A DNA stretch of 64,000 nucleotides from Eledone cirrhosa (GCA_964016885.1 OZ024740.1:316944001-317008000), one strand, 5' to 3'. Positions 1 to 12,055 are shown, counted from the stretch's first letter. Notes: a model not told the origin generated them from the letters alone. Translations and numbers: made by a program.

Positions 1-2458
1 GATTGACTTCTTACTAGTTAGGCAGCGGGACAGGCAGATAGTGTCTAATACCAAGGCATACCTTGGGGAAGAATGTACCCCACAGCATAGGTTAGTCGTT
101 AGTGATATCTCAGTAAGCAAGAGATGGAATGAGACATACAGGAAGGTGTGGAGAAGAAAGGTCTGGAAGCTAAAAGACCTTTCACTAAAATACAAATTTA
201 GGAAAGCCCTTCAAGATGTGTATGACGAAAAAGAAGATGATTTAGAGACGTATGACATAGATAATAACTGGAATTTCTTACATGACAACTTACTGCAGGC
301 TACTGATGAAACTTGTGGCTGGAGCAGAGCTCCAACCAGACAGAGAGTGACCTGGTGGTGGAACAGCACAGTAGATAAGGCCATTATAGACAAAAGACTA
401 GCATGGAAGGCTTGGAAAAAGGGTGGGAGTAGGGAAGAATATACAGCCGCTAAGAGAGAAGCTAGACATCAGGTGTACTTAGCACGCAGGGAGGCTGAGA
501 GTAGGAGGTTTGCCAATGTTCTGCGATGGGAAGATCAGAGGCGTGCGGTGTTCCACATTGTAAGGCAGTGTGTCAATGCAAATCAGGATGTTGTTGGAGA
601 TAAATGTGTCCGGAATGATGACGGTGTACTTGGTGTCACAAATGATCAGAAAAAGGAGGCCTGGAAATGTCATTATGAGAGACTGATGAATGTGGAGAAC
701 GAATGGGAGAGAGAGAAATTACCCTCAGTAGATCTTACAGAGGGACCAGCTATTGAGATTGATGAATATAAAGTCCAAGAGGCGATTAAGGAAATGAAAA
801 ATGGTAAGGCTGCTGGACCATCGGGAATAGTTGCTGAGATGCTGAAGGCATCAGGGGACGTAGGCACTAAACTGGTTGCACGCATCATCAATCAGGCTAT
901 ATATGGTGGTGTCATACCCAAAGACTGGTGCAGCAGTATTCTCATAAATTGCTACAAAGGTAAAGGGGATGCTCTGGAGAGGAGCAATTATAGGGGTATA
1001 AAACTGATGGATCAGGTTATGAAAGTGGCAGAAAGGATATTAGCACAACTAATTAGAGAAAGGGTCAAACTAGATGAGATGCAGTTTGGTTTTGTGCCTG
1101 GGAAGAGTACAACAGATGCCCTCTTCTTGGTGAGACAATTGCAAGAGAGGTTCTTAGAGAAGAATAAGCCACTATACTTAGCCTTTGTTGACCTAGAGAA
1201 GGCCTTTGATAGGGTACCCCGATCTGTCATCTGGTGGTCCCTAAGGAAACTAGCTGTTGAGGAATGGCTTGTGAGGACAGTGCAAACTTTGTACAGAGGT
1301 ACTTTCAATAAAGTCAGGGTAGGAATGGAGTTTAGTGAGGAATTCCAGATACAAGTAGGAGTACATCAAGGTTCGGTCCTCAGCCCGCTCTTGTTCGTTA
1401 TAGTCCTCTAAGCCATAACAGAGGAGTTTAAGACTGGCAGTCCATGGGAACTTCTCTATGCTGACGATCTGGTTCTTATAGCAGAATCAGTAGAGGAGCT
1501 AGAGAATAAATTCTGGCTATGGAAACAGCAGTTGGAAGCAAGAGGACTGAGAGTGAACGTAGCTAAGACAAAAATGTTGATGAGTAGAAAAGAGGACAAA
1601 ACTCTGATTCCATCAGGGAAATGGCCATGTTCGATATGCAGAAAAGGAACTGGCATAAATTCTATAAAATGCACACAATGCAGATCCTGGGTACACAAGA
1701 TGTAGCGGGATAGCAGGCAAACTAACAGGTAGGGAGAAATATGTATGCAGTAGATATACAGGGAAATTAGACAGTAGAAGTCACATTGATAGACACATTT
1801 TTCAAATGCAGACAGGTGCTATAGAAGTGGTGGATAGTTTCCGGTACCTAGGTGATCAGATTAGCATGGGAGGGGGATGTTCCGAGGCCATAGTATCTAG
1901 AATAAGGACGAGTTGCAAGAAGTTTAGGGAGCTGCTTCCTCTGCTGACGAAGAAGGGTTTCTCCCTGCGTACGAAAAGCCGGTTATATGATGCCTGTGTG
2001 AGGAGCGCGATGCTGCATGGTAGTGAGACATGGGCAGCAACTGCAGAGGATATGCGACGGCTGGAGAGAAATGAGGCAAGCATGCTCCGTTGGATGTGCA
2101 GTGTCAATGTGCGTGAATGACCCAACGTGAATGTGTTGAGAGAGAAACTGTGTGTGAGAGGGATAGAATGTAGTGTACGGGAGAGGAGACTGAGGTTGTA
2201 TGGACATGTGATGCGCATAGAGGATGACCGATGGGTGAAGATGTGCCAGGAAATGCCAGTTGAAGGAAGACGTTGTAGAGGTAGACCACAAAAAATATGG
2301 GCGGAGGTGGTGAGAACAGACCTCAGATCACTGAAGCTCATGGTGGAGATGACGAAGGACCATGACAAATGGAGAGATGCTGTGCTGAATAAGACCCATC
2401 CCACCCTTGCAAGCAGGGAAGAGCAGACGTAAAATGATGATGATGATGATGATAATGA
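1..2458 (+). mobile_element. RTE-clade LINE (subfamily A), decayed: end of APE, RT with PHD-like insert, (GAT)n tail
   Basis: ORF 41-1411 has KAAGPSG, NYRGIKL, QFGFVPG, FVDLEKAFDRV, GVHQGSVLSPLLF. Stop at 1409, YADD follows in frame. C-terminal pieces at 1806-2432, then (GAT)n. Confidence 0.95.
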
Positions 2459-2619
2459 TACATATATATATATATATATACTCACATACATATATATATA
2501 TGATCCATTTCTTTCAACAATGTTTGTTCTATCAGTAAATAAATAGAATTTATTGCTATCCTGGTGACAGGCAAGGAGGTATAAATAGATTTTTTAGGTG
2601 AGTTATCTTGGTATAACTA

Positions 2620-3435
2620 CCATGATGACCACAATGATAATGAAATGATGATTGGGGGGGGGGGGGGGGGGGGGGCATGTGGTGGTGGAAGTAGATGCCA
2701 CAATGATGATGACTGATGGGTGAGGATGTGGTGGTGATGGAGGTAGATGACCACCACAATGATGATGATGATGTTGATGAAGGGATGTGGGGTGGAGATA
2801 GATGACCACAATGATGATAATGATGATGATGAGGGGGATGTGGGGGTGGAGGTAGATGACCACAATGATGATGGTGATGGGAGGGGGGACTTGTGGTGGT
2901 GGAAGTAGATGCCTCAATGAGGATGATGATGGGCAGGGATGTGGTGGTGGTGGAAACAGACCATAATGATGATGATGATGAGGGGGATTTGGGGGTGGAA
3001 GTAGATGCCCACGATGATGATGATGATGATGAGAATGATGATGATGAACGGGTTGGGGTGGGAGTAGATAAGCAGAACAATATGTAAAACTTGATATGCA
3101 CACAGATATATGTTTGAGGTCTAATAAGAAGGAGGTGATAATAATAGCTTTAACCATAATACCAAGAACATCAGCAAAAATAGTAACAACAACAATAACA
3201 ACAACAACAGCAACAACAGCAACAGCAGCAACAACAACAACACAAACAACAGCAACAACCTCAGCAACAACAGCAGCAGCAGCAGCAGCAGCAACAACAA
3301 CAACAACAACAATCTCAGCAACAATAACAACAACAACAACAATAACACCAGCAACGACCATAACGACAAAACAATGGCAACAACAACAACAACAACAACA
3401 GCGGTAGCAACAATAACAACATCAACAACAACAAT
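2620..3435. repeat. GAT/GGT-rich ~55-60 bp degenerate minisatellite followed by a (CAA/CAG)n tract
   Basis: Recurrent gtggaggtagatgaccacaatgatgat units, then (CAA/CAG)n at 3185-3435. Confidence 0.85.
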
Positions 3436-3436
3436 A

Positions 3437-3651
3437 ATGGTTTATAATTTAGGCACAAGGCCAACGATTCTGGGGGGATGGAAAAGTTGCTTAAATCATC
3501 CCCAGTGCATTACTGGTACCTTATTTTATCGACCCCCATAAATATGAAAGGCAAAGCTTACCTCGGCGAGATTTGAACTCAGAACATAAAGGGACATAAC
3601 TACATGCCACAAAGAATGTTGTCCGACACTCTACCAATATTTCCAATCCAC
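3437..3651 (-). mobile_element. tRNA-derived SINE (family S1), diverged
   Basis: Matches the multi-copy SINE in this window (ggcacaaggcc...ggcaaag...tttgaactcag). Confidence 0.8.
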
Positions 3652-3653
3652 AA

Positions 3654-4076
3654 TCATCATCATCATCAACATCTTCGTTTTTACGTCCGCTTTTCCATGC
3701 TTGCATGGATTGGACGAGTCCTTCTCAGTACAGCATCTCTCCACATGTTGCGTTCCTTTGTCTTCTACTCTGTGAGTCTCAGTGATTTGAGGTCAGCTCT
3801 CATCATCTCTGCTGAGGTCATTCTTGGTCTACCTCTACCAGGACTTCCTTCCACTGGCATTTTCTGGCACTTCTTCACCCAACAATCATTATCCATGCAC
3901 AACACATGTCCATACCAATGCAATCTTCTCTCCTCCACACCGCCTCAAATTCCTCTTAAACCCAGTTTCTCCTTCAACTTGTCCAAACTCTGCCTTGTCT
4001 CTAACACTTACATTGCTCATCCAACGGAACATCGTTGCTTTATTACTTTCCAGTCTATGCACATCCTCTGCAGTCA
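3654..4076 (-). mobile_element. RTE LINE 3' fragment
   Basis: Translates to AEDVHRLESNKATMFRWM, similar to the RTE C-terminus; (CAT)n tail on +. Confidence 0.85.
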
Positions 4077-4162
4077 CATATTATATTATAAAAGAAGAGC
4101 TGTTTCTCTGTCAGTCTGTCACACTTATATGTATATATATATATATATACATTCAGACTGAA

Positions 4163-4205
<43 letters not shown>

Positions 4206-4213
4206 TCAGACTG

Positions 4214-4254
<41 letters not shown>

Positions 4255-4408
4255 TCAGACTGTATGTATTTTATATATATATATATATATATCACACAGC
4301 ACCAGACAGAATTTTTTCTTTCATCATCCGCTCTCATTTGGGAATGGTTTTATATGGTGTCAGTTTGTGATTTGAACTCGGGAATGTTATATTCTCCGAG
4401 GGAGAAGA

Positions 4409-4490
4409 GCCTTCTGAAGATTGCTCCCTTCTCAATGGAAATCCGCTTGGATTTTTCATTTATTCTGGAGTATGAAACTGAGGTAAAGGC
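4409..4490 (+). ncRNA. Type I hammerhead ribozyme motif (stem III decayed)
   Basis: gcctt-CTGAAGA-t-tgctcc...ggagta-t-GAAA-ctgagg-TA-aaggc. Confidence 0.75.
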
Positions 4491-4895
4491 ACATATAGTA
4501 AGTACAGCAAATTTTTTTTTATTTATTTAAAAACTTTTTCTCTATTTGCTAGACTTTGATTTTATATGTTCTGGCTTGTTAATTTATTAACCCACCATAG
4601 AACCACATTGGCATACGGTTGGATAATACTTGTTTCCCTATATGTATTTTTTACACGTAGGAACTCATACTTTATTATTATTAATCTCCCCCTAAGGTAG
4701 AGATAAAATTTTGGCTGTTTGGACAGCTGCTATTTCTAGTGGCAGGACATTGACCTGTCCACTCTGCCTTCTGTCTTTGCACACGGTGCCAGACAGAATT
4801 ATTTCTTTCATCATCCGCTCTTATTTGGGAATGGTTTTGTATGGTGTCAGTTTGTGATTTGAACTCGGGAATTTTATATTCTCCGAGGGAGAAGA

Positions 4896-4977
4896 GCCTT
4901 CTGAAGATAGCTCCCTTCTCAATGGAAATCCGCTTGGATTTTCCGTTTATTCTGGAGCATGAAACCGCGGTAAAGGC
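4896..4977 (+). ncRNA. Type I hammerhead ribozyme motif with palindromic stem III
   Basis: Stem I gcctt/aaggc, core CTGAAGA, stem II gctcc/ggagc, GAAA, ccgcgg, cleavage triplet GUA (after 4972). Confidence 0.88.
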
Positions 4978-5045
4978 ACATATAGTAAGTACAGCGAATT
5001 TTTAAAAATTTATTCTAAAACTTTTTCTCTATTTGCTAGACCTTG

Positions 5046-5106
<61 letters not shown>

Positions 5107-5534
5107 CATACAGTGTGAATGTATGTGTGTGTTTCTGTATGTCTTAAGGAAAACTGGGCTACAACACAGAACAATAAAAATAATTGTTTCTTTTATTTGT
5201 CACAAAGGCATCAGAAGAAGGAAACTTTACAAAAAAACAAGTTACAACATGAAAAGGGGGCTTACATAGAAATGAGAAAAAAATGGGTAACGTGTATACA
5301 TAATATACACATAGATATATATCTTCTTTCTTTAAATCAATTGACAAGATCCAAGACTTCATTTGCTTACAGAGTGGGATGGAACTTGCCAGATTGGACC
5401 AAGAAAGACAATGTTTCCATTGTTGATTCCAGCTGTAACTCCTGGCAGAGTGAAATAAAATATCTTTCTCAAGAATATAGCACATTGTCCAGTCTGGGAA
5501 TTGAACTTGCAACCTCACAATTGCTATCCAATTG

Positions 5535-5716
5535 TGAATTTGCAGTATCGGTAGAGGGTCGGACGCCATGCTTTTCAGCATAGTTACGTCCCTTTATGGC
5601 CTGAGTTCAAATCACGTTGAGGTTAACTTTGCCTTTCATCTTTACGGGGTTGATAAAATAAAGTACCAGTAATGCACTGGGTGATTGCTGGCCTTGTGCC
5701 AAAAGTAGAAACAATT
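5535..5716 (+). mobile_element. tRNA-derived SINE S1
   Basis: A-box-like tgcagtatcgg, B-box gagttcaaatc, shared body, AAT-type tail. Confidence 0.9.
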
Positions 5717-5762
5717 ATTTTATCAACCTCAGAAAGATGAAAGACAAAGTTGACTTTAGCAG

Positions 5763-6165
5763 GAAAACTCCTTCCAGAAGCAACTATCTCCAACAGATCC
5801 AGCTGGATCCCCAAGCAAGACCAGCCAAACCTATGGATATTATCGAACCATCTTGCTTGGGATCTACCTGTGGATCTCTTGCCAGTTGGTTTTGCCCGTA
5901 AAATCTGTCCAGCGATTCTTTCCTGAGACATTCTAACCACTAACCCATAGTATCGGAGCTGTGATCTCTCAATTTGGAGATGTAGCCCTCCACCTGAAGC
6001 GGTTCTCTGATCACTGAGCTAAGCACTCTATCGAATAATGTTACTCAAAAAACCCTTTGGAGGAACCCAATTGTGGCTGCTTGTATTCACAATCATATTC
6101 TTTCAGTCATTACCCAAGATTCATGAGACCATAGGTAAGGGTTGGCACAAATACCAAATTGAAGA
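5763..6165 (-). mobile_element. RTE/Expander(Rex3)-like LINE fragment
   Basis: YGLMNLG/WVMTERI region and VRMSQERIAGQILRAKPTGKRSTGR. Same family as 63095-63280. Confidence 0.75.
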
Positions 6166-6687
6166 TTGTTGCAATAGATCAAATTATTGATATAAGTATG
6201 GTAGAAGCAGTAGTAACTAGAAATAGTAATATGATATATACTAAAAATAGCAAGTTAGTCAGAGGTAAGATTATATCAGTTGTCATAAGTTGCAGTCTGT
6301 TGTATTTTCGATTTTCAAACAAAATGTCATTATAATAATAATGTTTGAACTTGTATAATCATGTTAATTTTTGTTTTATATCAGTAAGTGAAACAAATAT
6401 AGTAACAGTAACGATTGAAATAGTAATCCTGATAGTGGTATATATATATATATAAATCATTAAATCATTGAAACCACAGGTGGTCTAAAAGCTGATGAGA
6501 AAATTCAATGTTTGTCAGGTCCCCTCTTGTCTATTTTATCCCTTTCTCATTTTCCCTATCACTTCTGTGAGCTAACACACTTCTGGCCACTGATTTCAAA
6601 TCGTTTGAAGTAAATGTTGCCACCGTTGATGGCAATTTCTTGTTTTAACTGCTTCCATGCTCTGAGTTCTTCCCATTACTATATGTT

Positions 6688-6875
6688 ACATGGCTTAGTG
6701 GCTAGAGCGTCGGGCTTACAATCATGAGGTTGAGAGTTCGTTTCTCAGACCAGGCTTTGCGTTGTGTTCTTGAGCAAGATACTCTATTTCACGTTGCTCA
6801 AGTTTACTCAACTGCAGTTGCAATGTCAGGGGTACCAAGCTGTATCAGTCACTACCTTTACCATGGACAACATCA
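6688..6875 (+). mobile_element. tRNA-derived SINE (family S2)
   Basis: A-box tggcttagtgg, B-box gagttcgtttc. Related copies at 34605-34750 (+), 61630-61775 (-) and a partial one at 10205-10385. Confidence 0.8.
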
Positions 6876-7274
6876 TATGTAGTGTACATATAGGTTATAT
6901 AAGGTGTATGTAGTGTATTATATAGTAAGTATATAATATATATATATCTTAAAAACTTACAATAGCCCCTTATAATCAACTTAGTTCGAGGAAAATATAT
7001 ATATATATACGGAGATCGGAATTAAGAGTATTCCGCAGTTCACAGTAATAATAATAATATTAGCTCAAAGAGAAATAGAGAATTTTCTTCTGAGCTCAGA
7101 TACAAATATAAATATATTACACAGTGAGATGTGTGTAAAGAATTATTACAAGTGATTTTTACCGTTACTGTATAGAGAACAATATCTAGAGGTTTAGCAA
7201 TTAAATAGAAAAAAACTAAGTCAGAATCAAATCTCTGAAGCAGAGTTTTAAATTACCAACCTTATAACTATAAG

Positions 7275-7350
7275 TTTGCTGATATGAATCAAGTTCGTTT
7301 CACCACAGAAATGTGCAGTATAACAGTCCACAGGATCCTCAGTCAGCAAA
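7275..7350 (-). ncRNA. Type I hammerhead ribozyme motif
   Basis: Minus strand: tttgctga-CTGAGGA-tcc...ggt-GAAA-cgaacttgattca-TA-tcagcaaa. 8-bp stem I. Confidence 0.8.
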
Positions 7351-7590
7351 TGTGGATGCTGTTCATGACACATCTAACCTCATGGATAGAGAGAAAGCTA
7401 ATATACACGCTGCCCAGAGTAGGGCGAAATCACGTGTTATTTGCATCAAATAACGGCTCTCATGGATTGGGGAAAATGCTAGAGAGAGCAGCCCAACCAT
7501 TCAAATTTATTAGCTCAATAATTTGGAGTTCGTTAAGTATACGGAGATCGGAATTAAGAGTATTCCGCAGTTCACAGTAATAATAATAAT

Positions 7591-7774
7591 TGTTTCTACT
7601 TTAGGCACAAGGCCAGCAATTAGCCAGTGCATTACTGGTACTTTATTTTATCGACCCCGTAAGGATGAAAGGCAAAGTCAACCTCGGCGGGATTTGAACT
7701 CAGATCGTAAAGGGACATAACTATGCTGGAAAGCATGTGGTCCGACCCTCTACCGATACTGCCAATACACCGCC
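7591..7774 (-). mobile_element. SINE S1 with 16-bp TSD
   Basis: cagtaataataataat at 7575-7590 and 7775-7790. Confidence 0.92.
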
Positions 7775-8097
7775 CAGTAATAATAATAATATTAGCTCAA
7801 AGAGGAATAGAGAATTTTCTTCTGAGCTCAGATATAAATATAAATATATTACACAAATATATATATATATATACATTCAAATGTCCCTTATGATTTGAAC
7901 ACATATATATAGTGTTTGTTTCTCTTTACTGTGTTATATATATATTTTTTTTTGTGTGTAGGGTGGGGGGGGGGGTTGATATGAAATCGTGTGTTGAAAC
8001 AAATATTGTTATATTTGGGGAGGGTCATATTGTTATAATATTGCCAGAAATAATAATAGAACACACTTACTGTTTGGTTTGGGTTAGTTAGATTAAA

Positions 8098-8576
8098 TAA
8101 TTGTTTTTACTATTGGCATAAGGCCAGCAATTATCCTAGTGCATTACTGGTACTTTATTTTTATTGACCCTGTAAGGATGAAAGACAAAGTTAACCTCAC
8201 CAGGATTTGAACTCAGAATGACAAGGGCCATAACTCTATGCATCAAACCATGGCGTCTGACCCTCTACCGATACTGCCAATCCACCGCCCTTTTTCTACT
8301 TTTGGCATAAGACCAGCAATTACCCCTGTGCATTACTGGTACTTTATTTTATCGACCCCGTAAGGTGGAAAGGCAAAGTTAACCTCGACGGGATTTGAAT
8401 TCAGACCGTAAAGGGATGTAACTATGCTAGGAAGCATGGCGTCCAACCCTCTGCCAATACTGCCAATTCACTGCCATTTTGATTAAATAATTGTTTCTAC
8501 GTTAGGCACAAGGCCAGCAATTACCCAGTGCATTGCTGGTACTTTATTTTATCGACCCCGTAAGGATGAAAGGCAA
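8098..8576 (-). mobile_element. Three tandem SINE S1 copies (the last is 5'-truncated)
   Basis: Units at about 8098-8289, 8291-8475 and 8488-8576. Confidence 0.9.
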
Positions 8577-8656
8577 AAAATGGCGTAGACATTACAATAC
8601 AACGGGAGGAAAGATAATAGCGCTTCACAGATGTGTGACGAAAGAACTTTGATAGA

Positions 8657-8706
<50 letters not shown>

Positions 8707-8729
8707 CTGTATTTTTAACTGTTGGTCAA

Positions 8730-8775
<46 letters not shown>

Positions 8776-8824
8776 ATATACAATAATATTAAATAAATGG
8801 AAACTATATTTATAAAACCATATT

Positions 8825-8885
8825 TATTCTATTATATGTATTTCAAGGGTACCAACATTTTGGTACGCTATCATCAGATAAAATA
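8825..8885 (-). ncRNA. Degenerate type I hammerhead motif inside a TA-adjacent element with 21-bp inverted repeats
   Basis: Minus strand: tattttat-CTGATGA-tagcgtacca..tggtaccctt-GAAA-tacata-TA-atagaata. IRs at 8786-8806 / 8961-8981. Confidence 0.7.
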
Positions 8886-9022
8886 CGAAGTGTGTTTTAT
8901 CAATTTTGACATAACCAAGGAGAATATACCTTAACAGTTCAAGTTATCCTTGGATAACTTTAGTTTCCATTTATTTAATATCATTTAATATTATACTCCA
9001 GAAAACCTGTAGAGTGCTCTGA

Positions 9023-9572
9023 ATCATCATCATCATCATCATCATCAACGTTTAACGTCCGTGTTCCACGCTTGCATGGGTTTGGACGGGGGTAGTCCCA
9101 CTTGAGGCAAGAGTGATTGTCTTGCTCGCATAGGACTGTCTGGCAGGTTTTCTACAGCTGGATGCCCTTCCTAACACCAACCACATTTACAGTGTGGGTC
9201 TGGGAGGTTTTTACCGTGTTGCCTACACGGCCACATTGCAGCGTGGACTGTGTGTTTTTTTGTCGTGACACCTACACGATCTCATTTGTTTCGGCCTGGA
9301 TGGCGCGGCACCAACATGACTTTACATAGAATGGGGTGGTGTGGATGGGGTGGGGGTGGTGGGACGGGGTGTATTTTGTTAGAGATGCCTACTGGCTGGA
9401 GTAGGTTTTACTATATATTTAGGTAAGGCGGGTCTTCTCTATTACTGAGTACCGCCAAAGGTCTCGGTCCAGTGACATTGTCTTGGAGAGGTGTAAGTGT
9501 GTGATGTCGGAGTTTATCAGCTCGTCCCAGGTTTTTCTAGGTCTGCCTATTCCGTGACTACCGTCTATCTTA
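9023..9572 (-). mobile_element. RTE subfamily B 3' end
   Basis: Near-identical to 38203-38755; (CAT)n tail. Confidence 0.92.
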
Positions 9573-9660
9573 TTGAATCAGTTATAAATATTTATATTTG
9601 TTGAATAACCAACAAATTGAATATCCCTTCTGCTTATATATATAATATATATATATATAT

Positions 9661-9784
9661 AGTGGTAGAACACTGGAAGGTAATATCTGTAGTGGTAGAG
9701 CACTCAGTTCATGGGACGAGTTAGGTAGAAGTGGTTACAGAACTGTTAGTTCACCATACCGGTGAACTAACTGTTGTGTAACCA

Positions 9785-9787
<3 letters not shown>
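9661..9787 (-). mobile_element. Short copy of the 3' terminus of the Penelope-like element, with fold-back
   Basis: 9661-9761 matches 30810-30910. 27-bp inverted arms at 9729-9755 / 9761-9787; (TA)n on both sides. Confidence 0.85.
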
Positions 9788-9835
<48 letters not shown>

Positions 9836-9838
<3 letters not shown>

Positions 9839-10046
9839 CCAGTAAGACCCCGACAGCTGAGCTCAAACCGTTTCGACGGCTAATTCTGGACTAAATGGAA
9901 TTGCATTTAGTCCAGAATTAGCCGTCGAAACGGTTTGAGCTCAGCCGTCGGGGTCTTACTGGTTCCTATTACCCACTCTACTACCCTAAGTATTGAGTAC
10001 TTTGGTGCGTTATGGTCCACCTGGTTCCTTACCACATTTCCTTCGT
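9836..10046 (+). mobile_element. TA-embedded fold-back element (65-bp arms) carrying the 3' half of a hammerhead
   Basis: Palindrome 9836-9965, centre 9900/9901, 2 mismatched pairs. GAAA-cggtt-tgagctc-agccg-TC at 9927-9949. Confidence 0.75.
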
Positions 10047-10162
10047 TATATATATATATATATATATATATATGTAGGAGGTGAGTTTTAATGTAGTACA
10101 ATAAAGCAATGCAGATATCGGATAAGAAGCACTCTACAGTTTGTAGGACTGGAGTATACATA

Positions 10163-10208
<46 letters not shown>

Positions 10209-10534
10209 CATGTCACTGGTGCCAAGATGTATCAGCCATAGCTTTTCACTTGGACAACATCGGTGGCGTGGAGAAACTGGTATACATGGGTGACTGCTGG
10301 TCTTCTACAAACAACCTCGGCGGACTTGTGCCTCTAAGAAGAACTTTCTAGGTGCAAATCCTATGGTCATTTATGACCAAACGGGGTCAATTCCCATACC
10401 CTTTATGTTGCAATATTGTTGCACCAGTTTGAGAGAAGACAAGTATAAGATGATGTATTTGTGTGTGAGCAAGTTAGTAACCCCTTCACAAACAATTGGT
10501 CAATTCCTCTATGTTGAAGCAAGTGTTGCATCAT

Positions 10535-10925
10535 GTGCAAGTGCATGTACATATGTATGCATGTGTGTGTATGTGTGTGGGTATCTGTGTGTGTGTGTAT
10601 GTGTCTGTGCATGTGTGTCTCTGTGTGTGTCTGCATGTCAGCATGTGTGTGTACATGCATGTGTGTATGTGTGCGTGTGTGTGTATATGTATGTGTGCGT
10701 GTGTATGTGTGTATGTATGTGTCTGTGTGTGTGTATATATGCATGAGTGTGTATGTGTGCATGAGGGTGTATGTATGTGTTAGTGCACATGTGCTTGTGC
10801 ATGTGTAGGCAGATGCATGTGTGTACGCATGTGTGTGCACAGAAATGTGTATGTGTAGGTCTGTGTGTGTATGTGTGTATGTGTGTATCTGTGTATTCAT
10901 GTGTGTGTACATATGTGTATGCATA
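10535..10925. repeat. Degenerate (TG)n microsatellite
   Basis: Direct inspection. Confidence 0.95.
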
Positions 10926-11416
10926 TGAATTAATAAGTTAGTATTCAAGTCATTGAACATTTGATACTGTCATCATCTTGGTGAGAGAGACAGATTCATT
11001 GCTGTTTATAACTCTCCTTACATTGAGTTAGGTTTACTAACTGAAGACAATCTCACACAAGCTGTCCCTCCTCCTCATTTCCTTTAACTTGGCTTTCGTC
11101 TTTTTGTTTTCTTTCCTTTTCTTTGATAGATTAGGGAAGTGATTGATGCATTTTGGAAAGGTCAGGAAAGAGATTTAAGCCAGCGCCATATTTATAAATA
11201 TAATTAAAATGTCGAAAGCTGGAATTATTCCCTCATGTTTTAAAAAAAAGAATTTGTAAAGTCAATCAAATGTTTAGGTTTTCCATTCCAGAAGAATTCT
11301 GTTGCACGGATCTATGACTACGAGGAGATATCAATTGGAATTAGATACTGGATGCTTCCATAGCTAGGTTGTTGTTTCATGAGACACAACTATTAATTAT
11401 ACATACACAAGATGGT

Positions 11417-11425
11417 CAACAACAA

Positions 11426-11472
<47 letters not shown>

Positions 11473-11738
11473 CCATTACCATCATCACCATCATCATTAT
11501 CATTATCATCATTGTTATCATTGTCAACATCATCACCATTATCATTACCATCAGCATAATCATCATCATCATCATCATTGCCATCATAATCATCATCATC
11601 ATCATTATAATCAACATCATCACCATCATCATCAGCATCATAATCATTATCATTATCATCATCATCCTCATCATCACCATTCTCCTCCTCCTCCCCCCTC
11701 ATCATCATCTTCTCCATCATCATCATCATCATTATCAT
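11417..11738. repeat. (CAT)n microsatellite, probably an expanded RTE tail
   Basis: Followed by tttaacatctgcttttc, the typical RTE 3' terminus on the minus strand. Confidence 0.9.
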
Positions 11739-11834
11739 TTAACATCTGCTTTCTCTGATAGCAAGTGTTGGATTTAAGTGAGTACTTAAACAGAGCCACT
11801 GATTTCACACTACAAAGTGGATCATGCTATTTAA

Positions 11835-12055
11835 CCCGTTAGCCTTTACATTACTCTATACATACTATTGTATTTTGGGGGTAAAGGCTTTATTTGACAT
11901 AATTATCTCACATAATATCGAATCTATGAGATTTTGATGTTATTTATTTTGAGAACAATACCTTAACTTAAGTACGAGTGGCCAGCTATGGCCAGTTTGA
12001 ACAGAAAGATGTGAAAGAATTCTGGACAGATATGGCCAGTTTAAATGCTAAAGGG
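11835..12055. mobile_element. piggyBac-type MITE
   Basis: TTAA|ccc...ggg|TTAA termini, TIR cccgttagccttta/taaatgctaaaggg. Related copies at 22439, 23875, 57363. Confidence 0.85.

Larger units (their letters stand above)
4293..5050 (+). mobile_element. Retrozyme-like non-autonomous element: ~1.55 copies of a 487-bp unit between (TA)n tracts
   Basis: 4293-4563 is repeated at 4780-5050 (period 487). One HHR motif per copy; no coding capacity. Confidence 0.8.
7008..7856 (-). mobile_element. Retrozyme-like element with a 532-bp unit and terminal direct repeat, between (TA)n tracts, interrupted by a SINE
   Basis: 7008-7122 recurs at 7540-7590 plus 7791-7855. HHR motif on the minus strand. Confidence 0.75.

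Noticed and set aside
2556-3407. His/Pro/Thr/Val-rich ORFs (also 10363-10960, 11369-11777, 55262-55896, 57886-58399, 63281-63466)
   Set aside because: Translations of microsatellites.
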